DNA from: Streblomastix strix
Lineage: Eukaryota
NCBI GenBank assembly: GCA_008636045.1
Contig: SNRW01000037.1
Location: 1-37,231 of the forward strand
DNA: 37,231 nt
Reading direction: 5' to 3'
Made by a program: the position numbers and the translations under genes
The notes under the pieces: generated by a model
Seen by the model: only the letters and a program-made list of their open reading frames with translations
Told to the model about the DNA's origin: nothing
The model's database searches: none
Shown here: positions 23,201 to 36,780 of the stretch, piece after piece
Layout of the letters: each line of letters begins with the position of its first letter
Position numbering within the stretch: position 1 is the stretch's first letter

Positions 23201-25156
23201 CTTGATTTAGAAAGAATAAGAAGAAAAAGAGAGGAAGATGAATTGCAGTTAAAATAACTCATTGAAGAAGAAGAGGATTAATAATTTATAGATTGGAATA
23301 TGAATACACTTCATAATCTTTTATAGTCATCAAGTTCAAACATTTCATAACAACAATAATTAGAAAAAGATTCAGATTAATCTACTTAAGTATAGTCACC
23401 TTCATAAGCACAAAGATATTCAGAAGATGTTCTGAGTGAAGAAGGAGCTATTCAAGCATTGAGTCTCATAAGAAGATGGGATTTTGATAGTGGAAATTCA
23501 CATCAAATGGATTTAGTTGGTTAATCTTCTTCTTCTTAATATTAATCACCCTCATAATATTCACCTCAATAAACTTCCACATCTTCACTTTCTATTCAAT
23601 TAACTGGTTGTCTTCATTTGCATTAATTGAATGGGAATGCAAATACACAACTCTGTTTCTTAGGTCTTTGTACCCGTTTTAATCCAGAAAAGAAAGTTAT
23701 ATAAATTGAGTCTAACTCACAAATGTAAAAAGAATTAGAAAATGAAGAAAGAAATGTTAATTAAGAAACGATTGAATTGAAGATAGAGTCAGATATAACA
23801 TGTGAAGTTCTTTAAATGGGGAAGCAACTATCTGCATATGCAATCATACCAATTCCATATGTTGAAAGACTGAAAAGAAAAAAGATAAATGAATTAAAGA
23901 AATTGGAAGAGAATAGAATAAGATAAAGAAAAGAAATGCTAAAAGATTAGATAATGAAAAAGTTAAATTAAGAAAATATTGTTACTGATGATATGACAAC
24001 AATTAGCAATATTGAGAAATTGAACTAATAATAAGACTCTAAATCTCTTATTTCATAATCATCTTCATTTACAAACACACTTTCTATTCCATAAAACATA
24101 TCATATACACCTCGTACAAAGTAAATGTTATATCCATCATTGAAATCGTAATCTTCTTCTTCATAATCTCCAGTTGTATTATCTTCATAGACTTCGATTC
24201 AAGGATTAGATAATTCATCTTTAAACTAACAACCACCAAACTAAATGAATAATTTATCTCCCAAATCCAAATAAAGTGTTATTTCTGGAGATATGTGGAG
24301 AGATTAATTGATATAGAATAAGAATGTTGTATAGTTGTCATCATTAAGTAGCAATGATCTATCAAGACTTCGAATGCAAACATTATAATTAGTTAGAGCT
24401 GTTGATGCAGTGACTGAATTAAAATGGAAAATGGATGGAATAATTGAACATGATGAGAAAGAGAAGTAATTATCTTCTTCATCTTCAAAAGAGATCAATG
24501 TATTAAACCCTGATACTATTCATGATCTTTTGAACTTAGTTCCACTACATGATCATAATAATCCTCCTCCTCCATATTGTCATACACTATTCCTTCATCC
24601 TCTTACAATTAGTTATTCCAATTCTCCTTTCTAATCTACATTATCATAATAGAATCAGTCAAATACAATTAATAACTTGGCTTAGAATATAAATGTAGAG
24701 GATATTGAGCTAAATACTGAAAAGGATTAGAAGGAGAAGGAAAACAACAACATTGATTCATCTGAATCAATTAAATCAAGACTGATTCTGACACACACTC
24801 CATTTGTTCTTTCTTCTCTTCTTGAAGCATCTACATCAGCAGAAAGTGGGCAACAATGGAATTGGAATGTTCCTTAATAACAGTCTTATTCTCTCAGAAA
24901 AGGGAAACTAAATGTTTCTTCTGATAATTATTCTGTTACATCATCAGGATCTGGTTAAAAGAAGATTAAGATACAAAGAGCTATTTCTATTTCTGATTCT
25001 AATGATGAAATGGGATAATAAGAGAAGGAGCAAAGAAAGATGGAAAAAAGCGTAGAACGAGCTTAACGGGTATCAAGAAGGAGCGGCTCGAAGCTTGATA
25101 AGTTTAATAGCACAAGTCAGCCTGATGATAATTTTAATATGGACACAAATAAATGA
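20253..25156 (+). CDS. Large (~1600 aa) low-complexity Q/E/D/N/S-rich protein of unknown function; intron ~20273-20370
   Basis: ATG 20253 and a GTATGA...TTAG intron lead into a ~4.8-kb exon with strong GAA/GAT codon periodicity, in frame with TGA 25154-25156. No TGA in the stretches translated and no recognisable domain. Confidence 0.8.
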
Positions 25157-25272
25157 ACTATTTATGTATTATTTAATCTACGTTTAAAATATACTATCTA
25201 TTACACAACTTATATATTGATGGATACAAGGCTGTAATTTGTTTTTCAAATATTTTAAGCTAGTATGGGCCA

Positions 25273-25430
25273 GAAAGTGAAAGAGTGGAAATTCAGAGCC
25301 AAACCTATTAAATTATCACGATCTTACTCATACATTATAGCTCCATTGAACTTATCCAGGGAGACATCCTACGACCGTTGATATCTGAAATTTGCATTTT
25401 TTGGCTCCATCGCAATTCCACTTACTTTCA
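25273..25430. repeat. Intergenic dispersed repeat with imperfect inverted ends; the core recurs at 36996-37075
   Basis: GAAAG..AGTGGAA....GAGCCAAA pairs with TTTGGCTC....TTCCACT.ACTTTC. The core 25290-25369 matches 36996-37075 at about 60 of 80 nt, ungapped. Confidence 0.65.
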
Positions 25431-25777
25431 AAATATATATTTTTACATAAAATTATATATTGCAAGTTTATATATGAATTTTATTTTCCAATTCTTCTTG
25501 TATGATTCAATTCATCCACATTTTCTTAACGCAATTTTCACATGCTGCAGAATATGATAAATCATATAGAATTGCAATTATTTTCTGCCTTGATTGAACC
25601 TTCATACTTTTCCGGATCCGGATTAATATTTCACCAAGATAATTTATAGAATCTCCAATTTTAAATATTAGAAAATAACTTACTATTTTTCAACGTTATG
25701 TGTAATAATCATTTATTTTTATTGCATATTTTTGTTGTTTTCGACTGTTTAACAATTATATATATTTTTAGAAACCA

Positions 25778-27512
25778 ATGATTCTTTTCGCGGTTTTGTC
25801 GTTGCTGTTTGCTGTTACACGAGGGGATGATTTTAATATGTGGTTGAACGACACAATTCCAGACGCTCCCTTTCTATATACTCATACCATGACATGGCTC
25901 AATGATGACTATATATACTTGTGGGGTGGCAAGTTAAAAGATGATACTATAAATAAAGATCTTTATCTCCTGAATAATAAAACTATCACCAAAGTTAATA
26001 TATCTGGAACACCTCCGGCTGTATATGGGCATACAGCTGTCCGTATCAAGAATGGGGGTTTAATAGGATTATTAGTTGCTGGTGGAAAAGATTCAAGTGG
26101 AAACCCCATTTCTGAAAGTGGAATATTTATCCCATCTACTATTGATTATAGTTTGATATTATTAGATACTTTTGGGAATTATTATTAATTTATATTTTCA
26201 AATAACATTTATATATTCATTCAGAAACAGCAACCTATTATAAACTTGGTGATTTACCAAATGCTCTATTTAATCACACAATGGCTGTTGTATAAGTATG
26301 TTATTTAATTATTTCACTTTCTATTTAATTATTAATATTCATTTATTGTATATAGGACAATAGAACTGCTATTATTTATGGTGGTTTAACAGGAAGATAA
26401 GGAAGTTTCACGGCATCATTAAGTGTTTATGCATTATATGTTGGTATATTAATTCTTGATTAATTTGCTTTCAAATTTTATTCTGTTACTTTAATATTTA
26501 TTCACACATCCAGATTTGAAAGATCAAACAACAGTATCCGGCACTTGGATTGCAGTTGTCTAAGAAGCTTCTAAAGAATATGAATTAATCTCATTACCTG
26601 TTGTTGCAAGTGTTCTTGTATATGATGAAGAGATTGGAAGTATTTATTTGATGCATTATTATTTATATACTAATTATATTCATATAATTACTTATCTATT
26701 AATTACATTTATATTATCACTTAACCATTAATTACATTTATATTATTACTTAACTATTAATTACATTTATATTATTACTTATATATTAATTATATTCATA
26801 TAATTACTTAACTATTAATTACATTTATATTATTACTTAACTATTAATTATATTTATATTATTACTTATATATTAATTATATTCATATAATTACTTAACT
26901 ATTAATTACATTTATATTACTTCTTATTCAGACACACCATCTGGTAAAGTATGGTCATTCCATTTAGTTGGTGGAATTACAAATGAGAAAGATGATACAA
27001 TCAAAGATAAAGAATTGAAGATACATAAACTCATAATAAGTATGATTTGCTATTATTATAAGTATTAATATTATTTTATTTAATATTATGTATTATATCA
27101 TTATATAAATATAAATAATATTATAATTATATTATCATTATATTATCATTATATAAATATAAATAGCTGAGACAGAGACAGGTAAGAAATATTAAGGTTA
27201 ATGGCAGCGTGTTTTCTATCGTCCAAATTCATTACCTCCCCGAGCTGGTCATCATGCACATGCTATAAATACAAATATATTCTTATGGGGAGGTGGTAGT
27301 GCAGATACTTCTGTATTCTCTATTGTAAGTACAGGTATTATTATTATATATTATAATAACTAATATCATATATAATATCATTTATTATATAAAGATGAAC
27401 TTGCCTGGTCTTCCTTACTTCCAAGACTATTTGATCATCCTCCTCCTCTCCAGGTATATATATATATATATATATATATAATTATTATTATTATTATTAT
27501 TATTTGTAGTAA

Positions 27513-27570
<58 letters not shown>

Positions 27571-30500
27571 ATATATATTTATTATTCATTATAAATTAAG
27601 AACTTTGCATCCACATATGATGAAAAGAATAACTTACTCTATATTCATGGAGGATATGCAGAAGAATAAGGACCTGCTTCTCCACCGTATGAGAATAATT
27701 ATATAATAATAATAATATATATAATAATAATAATAATATATTTATATAATAATAATATATTTATATAATAATAATATATTTATATAATAATAATATATTT
27801 ATATAATAATAATAATATATATAATAATAATAATAATATATTTATATAATAATAATATATTTATATAATAATAATATATTTATATAATAATAATATATTT
27901 ATATAATAATAATATATTTATATAATAATAATATATTTATATAATAATAATATATTTATANNNNNNNNNNTAATATATTTATATAATAATAATATATTTA
28001 TATAATAATAATATATTTATATAATAATAATATATTTATATAATAATAATATATTTATATAATAATAATATATTTATATAATAATAATATATTTATATAA
28101 TAATAATATATTTATAGAGTACCCAACACACGTACATATTGGTTCCATCATGATGATTGTGCATCACGAACTCATTGCAAAGACTGTATTGGTACTGATA
28201 CAAATTGTATATGGTGCTCAAGTAAAGCGAGATGTATATCATCCAAACTCACTGCAGAATAATTAACAGATGAAGAAATAGATCATAAGAAGAGAAATGG
28301 AGAATGCACTTCATAATCTGAATGCAATGCTGTATACAAACCTGCTTATGAAACATGTGCTTCATTCCTTACTGATGGTGCATAATGCCCAATTGGAAAA
28401 CCAATTCCATATAAACCAGGAGCTACAACATCATAAATGTGTTTCTCATATGAGAATTGTACAGATTGTAATTAAGATCCAAGATGTGGATGGTTTGTAT
28501 TGATTGAATGGATTATGAATGAATACATTTATTTACATTTATATCATTGTATGTATCTAATTAAAGGTGCGATATGTTATTCACATCTCCAAAGATTGTA
28601 TATGGATGTGTAGAGGGAACTGGAGATGGTCCATATTTAGGTATTTAGATTATTATTATTATTATTGTTATTATTATTATTGTATTCAATTATTCATAAA
28701 TATTATTATTGTATTCAATTATTCATAAATATTATTATTGTATTCAATTATTCATAAATATTATTATTGTATTCAATTATTCATAAATATTATTATTGTA
28801 TTCATTTAAGGAATTTGTGGTGATTGGGCATATGCTAATAAACAAATAAACTCAATTGAAGATGAAGGATTAAATGATGTTGAATTCGATCAATCAGATT
28901 TATATTCGTTTGTTTTCATTATTTAATTCTTTATTATAATATAATAATATCTCTTCATTTAATAGTCATTCTGAAGAACCAAGTCGTAAGATTAATGACG
29001 ATCCAATATAAATTGAGTGTGATCGAGTTGCTGCCAGAATTTCAATATATGAACCCACTGAAAGTATGATAATTGATATGGATAATAATTTGTATATTAC
29101 ATGAATATTTTTCTTATTAATTTAATTTAATTTAATTTCATTTAGATTAATCCTATTTTGAGAACGCAACAATTAATATGTATTGGTACACATTAGGTAT
29201 TATACTAAATATATATTCTTATTTCTATGTTTTATTATATTTTAATTACTTTATATTATTTATTATTTATTATATATTATATATTATATCTTCATTATAA
29301 CTTCAGGATCTGACAGTGATGTTGATTCATATAATGTATACTTACAATATGGTGAAGAAAAAGATGTATGATAATATTGAATGAATGAAAATAATGGATT
29401 ATTATAGAATAATGTTAAATATTCAATATTATTATATTTTGTATTAAATATTCATAAAAACACTTAAAGGCAAAAACATAACTGCTATATGAGAATGCAC
29501 ATAGTTCAGGGTATAATTAATATCTTATTACTGTAATACGATCTAAATAATATATTCATTATATTTTATTTTATTATAACTATATTCTTTATTGTATATA
29601 CCCTATTAATTATTAGGTACGAATATGTTTTGTTACCTCCTCTGAGCAATTGGACAAAAACAAATAAAAAAGATGAAGTTTGTTTTATTAGTTTTTATAG
29701 AGTTGATTTTATTATATTTATCATTTTTTTTGCTCATTCTCACTTTTTTCTAAATTTCAATATAGAATGCATTCCAGAACAATACATTATTATTTATTTT
29801 CAAGTAATTCAATTACATGAAAGGAGAATACATTGAATTAGGAAAAGTATGTTTATTTAATTATGAATATAATTTAATTTGAAAGTACTTATTTTCAAGT
29901 AATTTCCATGTTTTTATATAATTAATGTTAATATTTTTTTTAATTCTTTTGTTCATATCAATAAAGAAACGCATTTTTGTCACAACTGCTGAAGTTAACT
30001 TTACATTCCCAAAAGATAAGGGAAACTATTCAGATCCATAAATGAATATCACTTGGGGTGGTGAGGTTAATTAATTAATGAAAATAAAGAAAGAATAAAA
30101 CAACTCATTATTTAATATTTAATTTTATCTTTATTTATTTTTTTATTTGTTTTATTTATTTATTTATTTATGTGTTTATATATTTATTTGTATTATTTAT
30201 ATATTTATATATATATTTGTATTATTTATATATTTATATATTTATTTGTATTATATATATGCTTCATCTCTTAGCTACGTTACCCATATCATTCATTTGG
30301 TGCAGACACAATCACAATCGAACTCCATCAATACAAAACAAATGAAACTGTGAAAGTATATTCAAAAATTTAATTTAATTTTTAATTCTGTTATAAATCT
30401 TTCTTTTTTATTTTATTTTATTTTATTTATATTTTATATTATATTATATTATATATGTTTTTCATATTAAAGGATTAAGATGTAGTAGTAGAGAAAATAC

Positions 30501-31974
30501 AGGAGATATAAAGAAACAGAGGATATTATTAGTATGAAATAAGAAATGAATATATTTCATATTTTTCTTCAACATTATTTTCGTTCAAATCAGTTGGAGT
30601 ATTCCACGAAAGTTCATATTATCGAATGAGGCATATCATCTTGATCTCTTCTGGATTCAGCCAGTATGATATTTTGTGATAATAAATATAAAGTGGATAA
30701 TAATATAATATTCTTATTGATAAAATATAATTATTATTTCTTATTTTATTCGTATTTATATTAGAATGAAAAAGTCAAATTAGCTTCTTCTGGGAATTTC
30801 ACACTCTCAATGCTTACTATATAATACACTCTTATTGAACCGAGTACTTTCCAAATTATTAATATATTTTCAAATATTATATTAATAATTTTTATTTTTA
30901 TTTCAATACAGAATCAGATGTAACATTTTTGAGTGTTGGAGAAAATATAACAATTGAATGGAAAACCAACAGGTATATAATTATAATTTATTATTTGATC
31001 TTCATATATTCAATTATTATATTTATAGACTCCCGGTCTATTCAACGGTTGATTTAATGAGAGGAGAAGATAAGAAACATGCTGTAGTAGCTGTTCCTGG
31101 ACTTGGTATGATTTGAAATAATAAATATTATATTATTATATTATATTATATATTATATTATATTATATATTATAATTAATATAAACAGGTGGTTTCATTC
31201 ATCCTCCAAATGTTTCATCCACTCATTGGGTTGTAGAAGTGAATTAAGATTCAAAATTCTACTTCATTCACATTGAGGAATCATTCTCTGATATTGGTAT
31301 GCATTATATTATATTGATATCTGTTATATTTATACTATTTTACTTATTTACAACTAAATATCTTTATCTCAGGTGTTGATTCACAGTTCTTTGAGATAAA
31401 TTCACCTAATTTCAGTCCATAACTCAAACATGGAAGTGGAGGACCAAAGACTCAAACGATTGACAAAGTAGAAATTGGAGCCTTGGTCACATTGGAGTGG
31501 AAATATTCAGGAAAGAAATCGACATTCAATGTAACATTGGTTGGATAAAACGATATCACTCATATGAAGATGAAGAATGATGACCCTCCAACTCCAGTTA
31601 ATGGAACTAATGACATATATTACATTGATGGGAATGTAAGTTCAAATGCTTCATCAATTTCATTCAACCTACCAGATAATCTGAAGCACAAATCACTATA
31701 CTCAATCTGTATTGGTGCAAATGAATTCCGTAGAAACCCAATCACTCCAATTAGTAGAGAGAAATCTCCATATGATGATAACATCTTCTATCAATGCACA
31801 ACAGGAATCAGAATGTATGCTCCTGGTTCATCTGAGATAAAGACTCCAGGTTCTTACTCCAGTGGTGCTGCTATTGCATTGGCTGTCATTGCTATTGTCA
31901 CTGCAGTTGCTCTCATCCTCTTCTATTTCATCTGGTACAGGAAGTCAAGGCTTGGTGGATTCAGGTAGATTTGA
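25778..31974 (+). CDS. Type I membrane protein with Kelch repeats and two PSI domains (attractin/MEGF8-like architecture); about 25 GT-AG introns
   Basis: Signal peptide MILFAVLSLLFAVTRG. Kelch motifs (YTHTM...YLWGG, YGHTA...VAGG, RAGHHA...FLWGG, YIHGG). PSI motifs CASRTHCKDC...CIWC...C and CTDC...CGWC...GCVEG...GP. TM helix AIALAVIAIVTAVALILFYFIWY, then tail RKSRLGGFRQI-TGA (TAG at 31966 read as Gln). Confidence 0.88.
26670..26922. repeat. Intronic ~29-bp AT-rich minisatellite
   Basis: Variants of CTATTAATTACATTTATATTATTACTTAA in tandem inside the intron at ~26640-26931. Confidence 0.9.
27455..27570. repeat. Intronic (TA)n and (ATT)n microsatellites
   Basis: Directly visible after the GT donor at ~27454. 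Confidence 0.95.
27700..28114. repeat. Intronic 19-bp minisatellite spanning an assembly gap (N at 27961-27970)
   Basis: Unit TTATATAATAATAATATAT repeats on both sides of the N run, so the true length is unknown. Confidence 0.95.
28672..28805. repeat. Intronic 29-bp perfect minisatellite, ~4.5 copies
   Basis: Unit TGTATTCAATTATTCATAAATATTATTAT. Confidence 0.95.
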
Positions 31975-32636
31975 TAGTTGATATGAAATACAGAGGTGGA
32001 AGAATTGTATTTAGAGTTGTTTGATTCATCATACCATCTATATTCACTGATAATTCTTCCATTAATCGTTGTCACAAAAGAAATCATTCCAGTATATATT
32101 CAAGTAAAGAAATATCACAATAAAAAATGAGTATTAATAAATTTGTTGATTTGATTAAATTATTTTTTTTCCACTCAATGTTTTGTAGCTTCAACGAACT
32201 TTTACTTTGATTTCCCATATTCATGTTTTTAGTACAATTATAATGAATAGGATTATTTAATACTGAATACATTCTAAACATACTTTGAAAATAATTTTAA
32301 TTTCGATTTATATACCAGGTTCAACTTTATTATCATTACTAATATTATTTTCAAAACTTCCTTCAAACTATACGTTAATAAATATATTTTAATATAACGA
32401 ATATATTCATCTTTGAGCATATAATTAGACATTGAAGTTTTTTTTCTAGAAAATTAAAATCCACGATATCGAATGATTATAATTCATATTTATTTCATTT
32501 TCTCTATATAGTTGAAGTATATTAGATTACTTTCAATTACATTTTAATAAGTTATTCATTATGTAAGAATATTTTGCTCATAAACTATCTTTCTTAATTA
32601 ATTTTATTTTTATTTTAGAATATAAAATCCTAGAGT

Positions 32637-35257
32637 ATGCATCTTGTTATAGACAATGGATCATTTCGTGCAAAAGTTGGGGTAGATGGGCTGCATATTG
32701 AACCGAATTCATTCCTTAATTTGTTCTCAAATTCTAAAGCAAATAAATAAAAACTTCCAAGTCAAATATTTTGTAATGATGTTGAAAAATATCCTGTTAC
32801 ACTTTAAACAATCAAGAGCGGTTTTGAGAAGGGATATGTTGTAGATTGGCGCATTCAGAAAGAAGTTTTCAAATTCATATTCTCACACTTACCAAATGTA
32901 TGATTCATTCTGTTAGTGTTAACATTTCAAAATGAAGATTTATATCATTTTGATTATATTAGATTAGTCCTGAACAAATATCAAAGCTTCCTGTTATTCT
33001 TTCTACACCAATGAATACCCCAGCTTCTCTTTTATTAATGACTTATTAGGTAATGTTCGAAGATTTCCACTTCCCATCATTATTGATAGTTCCTACACCT
33101 GTTCTTTCTTATTATGGAATGATTGACGAATTAAAACCATTTAAACCAGAATGTGCAATAGTTGTTGATATTGGTCATTCAAATAGTTCATCTACAGCTA
33201 TAATGAATGGAATGCCTGTTTCTGGATCACATCACATCAGTAATATTGGAGGAAGGCATCTGACCAACTTACTAAAAGAGATAGTATCATATCGTACAAT
33301 GGATGTGAGTGCTGAACCTTTGATGGTTAATGATATGAAAGAGAAGATGTGCTTTGTTTGGTCTGAAGGGGAACATGAATGAAGAAGAATAAGTATATTG
33401 GCAGAAAGAGCAATTGAACAATTAATTACAAAGGATGAAGATGATATATAATGAATAATAAAGAAGGAAGAATCCGATTAAAATTAAGATTGTAATAATC
33501 TTACAAATATTCTAGATTAACTTCTTAGAATATCTCATCTTTTGGAATGCAATGATTTATATAATGTCGGAAATTATATTATTAATGATATAGAATGCAA
33601 TAATTAATAGATAAGTGATATTAATTTGCCTATAAGTGATTATTCTGGATTTGGCACAGTTTGTCTTATATTTATATTATATAATTAATATGCATTTCCT
33701 TCAATACAATAATCTTAATTGATGTTATTATATTGATCAGACTGGGTGTGTATCAAGAGAAGCAGATCGAGAGAAGAAGAGGAGAGAAGAATTGACTAAA
33801 CAAATGTTGGGTTTAATTGCAGAGTAAAAAAAGAAAGAAAAAATAAAATAACAAATAAATTTAGAAGAAGAAAAGGAAGCTATGAAAGTGAAAGGAATTA
33901 AAAGACTAAAATTGGAAGATGATTCAGATGAATATTAAAATAATACTTTTATTTCAGTTAATAATGAAAATGAGAATAAATGGACTGGAGATATTGAAGG
34001 TTTATATGCCTGTTATTATAAATGAATTCAATTACACACCAACTTTTGTTATAATTTAATTTAAATTAAATATTTCATATCTTTCTTATTAATTCATAAT
34101 ATAATATAAAAGGAGAAAAGATTGCCTAAATAGATTGTAATCCCCAATCATGGTTATTAGCTGAATATATTCTGCCTTCATTTGCTCCAGATTATAAAGG
34201 ATCAAGAATAATGCCTGGATTCCTTTAGAAAACTCAATGGTAAAAAGATTAGCTTCTTAAATAACATAAAGATATTAGCATGAAAGAATAAAAATAAAAA
34301 ATAAAAAAGAATAATGAAGATAAGGATAAAGTGAAAATAAAGAAGAAGAAGATGGATTTTGAATTTGAATTCTAAATGGAAAAAAAGAAAAGAAAGAAAA
34401 ATGAATAAATACTTGAAGAGGAAGAGGATATTTAGAAGGATAATGATAATGATTATAATATTGATGAATAAATATCAGATATTTAATAAGAAATTATTAA
34501 GATTAGAAAGATATTATGGTAAAAACATATATGTGAATTTGAAAAAGCAAAAAATAGCGAAAACGAGAAAATCGCAGATGAAAGCAAATTATTAGATGGA
34601 AATTAAAAAGAATTCCATCATTAAACTGGAGATTAATAAATGCTTACACTGGATATTGATAGAATTTCTATTCCAGAAGTACTTTTCACTCCTGCAAGTT
34701 ATGGTATAGTAATATATAATAAATAAAATATAATCTTTTTTGCTTTATTACATTATGCATTATATAATTTTAATAAGGTTTAAGCTCGGGTGGGATTATT
34801 TCATGCATTTTAGAAAGTCTTATTCCTATTCCATTTGAATAGAGAAGATAATTTCTGGAATGCATCTTTATTGTTGGTGCATCAAGTAAAATGAAAGGAT
34901 TAGCTGAACGAATGTATATATATTGAGAAGAAATTTCATTTTTTTACTTAATATTATCGAATCAATTATATTAATATTCTCAGATATTCTGAGCTTCGTC
35001 CATAAGTTCCTTCTAACTGGCATTTGCGCATCTTCTAATCATCAGATCCAGAATATGCATGTTGGCGTGGGGGTGTGATTCTTGCAAAAACAAAGGCAGA
35101 TCTTTATGCGAAAACAAATTTAACTCGTGATGCATATTTTGAAAGAAAGAAAAATGGATTTTCTTCTCATTCTTCTGGAGATCATTCAGATGCAGGCGCA
35201 TCTACACACAAATAATTAAACATTCATTTCCCTCAATTCACATTCAATTTAAAATGA
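32637..35257 (+). CDS. ARP6: Actin-related protein 6 with large insertions; 5 introns; two in-frame TGA codons in exon 2
   Basis: MHLVIDNGS, FEKGYVVDWRIQ, IVVDIGHS, IGGRHLTNLLKEIVSYRTMDVSAEPLMVNDMKEKMCFV (ARP6-type), EYILPSF, MLTLDIDRISIPEVLFTP, ELRP and ACWRGG. Terminal TGA 35255-35257; internal TGA at 33380 and 33452. Confidence 0.88.
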
Positions 35258-35346
35258 ATTATATAAGAAATACAATATAAACTAAATTGAAATGAATTGT
35301 TTATTTTTACTTTACTTTACAAATATTTATAGATTATTTTGTGGTT

Positions 35347-36780
35347 TCATGATCCTTTTTTCCATTCATTATATCGTTTTGTTATATTCCTAAATATTGC
35401 ATCAAATTACTCAGCGCTTTTAAAATCTGAATAGATAAGATAGAAGACAATAATTAATTTGATATAAACTTCATACTTGGATAATAATTGATATCAACAA
35501 GAGATAGGTCATGAGGTGCTGATGGAGATCTAATAATATCAAAACCAAAAAGCTAAATACCCTAAAAAACATTATTCAAAAATAATATATGTGTAATTTG
35601 AATACATTTAAACAAATCAATATTTACAAACCAATCTCTAATAAACAGAATCTGCTATATAATCATTTAAATCTTATGGTATTGGAGGAAGATTATGTTC
35701 TATTTCCAAAGCTGAGAAAAATAAAATAAAAATAAAATAGATAGTGTGTAAATATACCTTAATCTTCAAATGAAAATTTGATCTAAGTTTGAAAAGAAAA
35801 TATTTCTTATTCCAAATTATCTTCTAATTTTTAGCTTCTGAAATTATTGGATGGAATAGAAGCCACAAGAGTTGGGAATGTACCTTCTCCATACGCAGTG
35901 TAAACTTTATGGACAACTGGATGGTGCTCAATCAGTTGTTAGACAATATATCTGTTATGTGAATGTTTTATTTCAAATTATTATTAATCTTAAATAATTT
36001 CCATATTCTGGTTAATTTATTTATCAGCACTAAGTATTTTTCCATCCTTCTGCAAATTTGATATAAATTGTAGCTGAGTTATGCTATGGACAATATAAAG
36101 CTAATGTGAAAATGGTGAGCCGCATCCCTTTTCAGGTTTGATTACTTGAAAATTTGAAAATTTAAATAAGAAAATTAAAATGATGAAAAAACAATAGAAT
36201 AAAAAAATGTGATAAAAAATATACTTAATGGGAATGAAAAATGATACTTCTCCATAAAATTAGCAGATATAACTTCTTCGTTTGGATCAATAATTACAGA
36301 ATGTGGCCATTTAATCTACCATTTATTTTTATCACTACATTTGATAGTGTTGCAAAAATTTTAAAAAATATTACGAATTTCTTCCCTATTCGATAGTCGT
36401 GCAACATTCAAAGGTGGATCAATACATAAAATTTCTGAGTGTCGTAATAAATAACTCTATTAATATAAAAAATAGAATATTAACACAATAGCCAAGAATT
36501 AATATAAAACTTAAAAAATTTATGCTCTTTCTCTCAATGCATCATCCTCTGAATTTAATTCCTTCGTTTCCTTGTGTAACACAATTTCAAACACACCTTA
36601 TTCATCAATATCCTTTTCAATATCTACAAATAACACATCATATGAAGTGCTTTTTAAACAATAATGAAATATTTGATCATAAAACTAACTCTACCTTAAT
36701 CTCAACAAAACTTCTTTCGTGGATGGCCTATTTCGCACTTCAGACGCAAAATACCATCCAAGGCGTGGACGATGCTACAT
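35347..36780 (-). CDS. ITPK1: Inositol-tetrakisphosphate 1-kinase / Ins(1,3,4)P3 5/6-kinase (ATP-grasp); 6 introns
   Basis: VDIEKDIDEQGVFEIVLHK (Q=TAA), CIDPPLNV..LSNR, FPLIIKPEKGCGSPFSH, IVQQLIEHHPVVHKVY, LGIQLFGFDII and LVDINYYP. ATG 36780, TGA 35347-35349, intron phases consistent. Confidence 0.92.

Noticed and set aside
22215..24498. Minus-strand hydrophobic ORFs at 22215-22502 and 24304-24498
   Set aside because: Antisense to the acidic low-complexity exon of the 20253-25156 gene.
28297..30353. Track ORFs at 28297, 29630 and 30147
   Set aside because: Wrong-frame or intron-spanning pieces of the Kelch/PSI gene.
33380..33454. Selenocysteine reading of the ARP6 TGAs
   Set aside because: ARP6 is not a known selenoprotein and the positions are not conserved Cys sites. 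The short AT-rich 3' gap before the convergent ITPK1 shows no SECIS-like hairpin by eye.
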